Part shown: one piece after another, positions 55,064-55,096 of the stretch
Numbering within the stretch: position 1 is the first letter of the stretch
Layout of the letters: each line of letters begins with the position of its first letter
Origin: a virus
DNA length: 55,096 nucleotides
Virus record (IMG/VR): IMGVR_UViG_3300045988_127072
Coordinates: 1-55,096 of that record
Reading direction: 5' to 3' (one strand)
The notes under the pieces: generated by a model
Told to the model about the DNA's origin: nothing
Database searches by the model: none
What the model saw: only the letters and a program-made list of their open reading frames with translations
Program-made: the position numbers and the translations under genes

Positions 55064-55096
55064 AAAATATAGCGGTTTATTCAGATATTTATTACC
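55059..55096. repeat. terminal overlap identical to 1..38
   Basis: 38/38 identity with the window start. The stop codon of cassette D lies inside it. Confidence 0.95.

Overview
This window is a complete, circularly closed genome of about 55.06 kb from a tailed phage; window positions 1..38 are identical to 55059..55096. It has an HK97-type head module and a long tape-measure protein, so it looks siphovirus-like. Protein families (DUF4373-, DUF3853-, DUF4468-, DUF4886- and DUF551-like) and TAnnTTTG promoter boxes point to a Bacteroidota host; these family assignments come from motif recall, not a search. Nearly all genes are on the minus strand. In transcription order (descending coordinates): three small genes including an HTH/RHH regulator (54.3-53.1 kb); Rha plus a lysis cassette of holin, M15 endolysin and a membrane protein (52.9-51.0 kb); a divergent HTH switch region (50.6-50.0 kb); and a long early module (50-29 kb). 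The early module encodes ERF, a PD-(D/E)XK exonuclease, SSB, a VRR-NUC nuclease, a DUF4373 initiator with iterons inside the gene, DnaB, two orphan N6-adenine methyltransferases, a tyrosine recombinase and many small ORFs. The late module (29-0.15 kb) runs TerS, TerL, portal, prohead protease, major capsid protein, head-tail genes, a moron island, tape measure, baseplate and several fibre proteins. The most interesting feature spans the circular junction. The last late gene (149..709, a small tail-fibre tip or receptor-binding protein) contains an in-frame 11-nt core, CTGGGGGGACT. That core recurs in inverted orientation in front of the genome's only two sizeable plus-strand ORFs (54.33-55.06 kb), which lack independent expression signals and encode alternative C-terminal tips. 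I read this as a multi-site, shufflon-like inversion system for host-range switching. No serine invertase is encoded; the only recombinase is a tyrosine recombinase with no adjacent attP. Other points of interest are a plus-strand structured RNA candidate with its own terminator, several ORF-free structured or repeat regions, a tRNA 3-prime-like fragment (possible attP core), segmental duplications with a frame-disrupted paralogue, and a moron island interrupting the tail operon. All functional calls rest on motifs read by eye and on gene order; no database search was possible.
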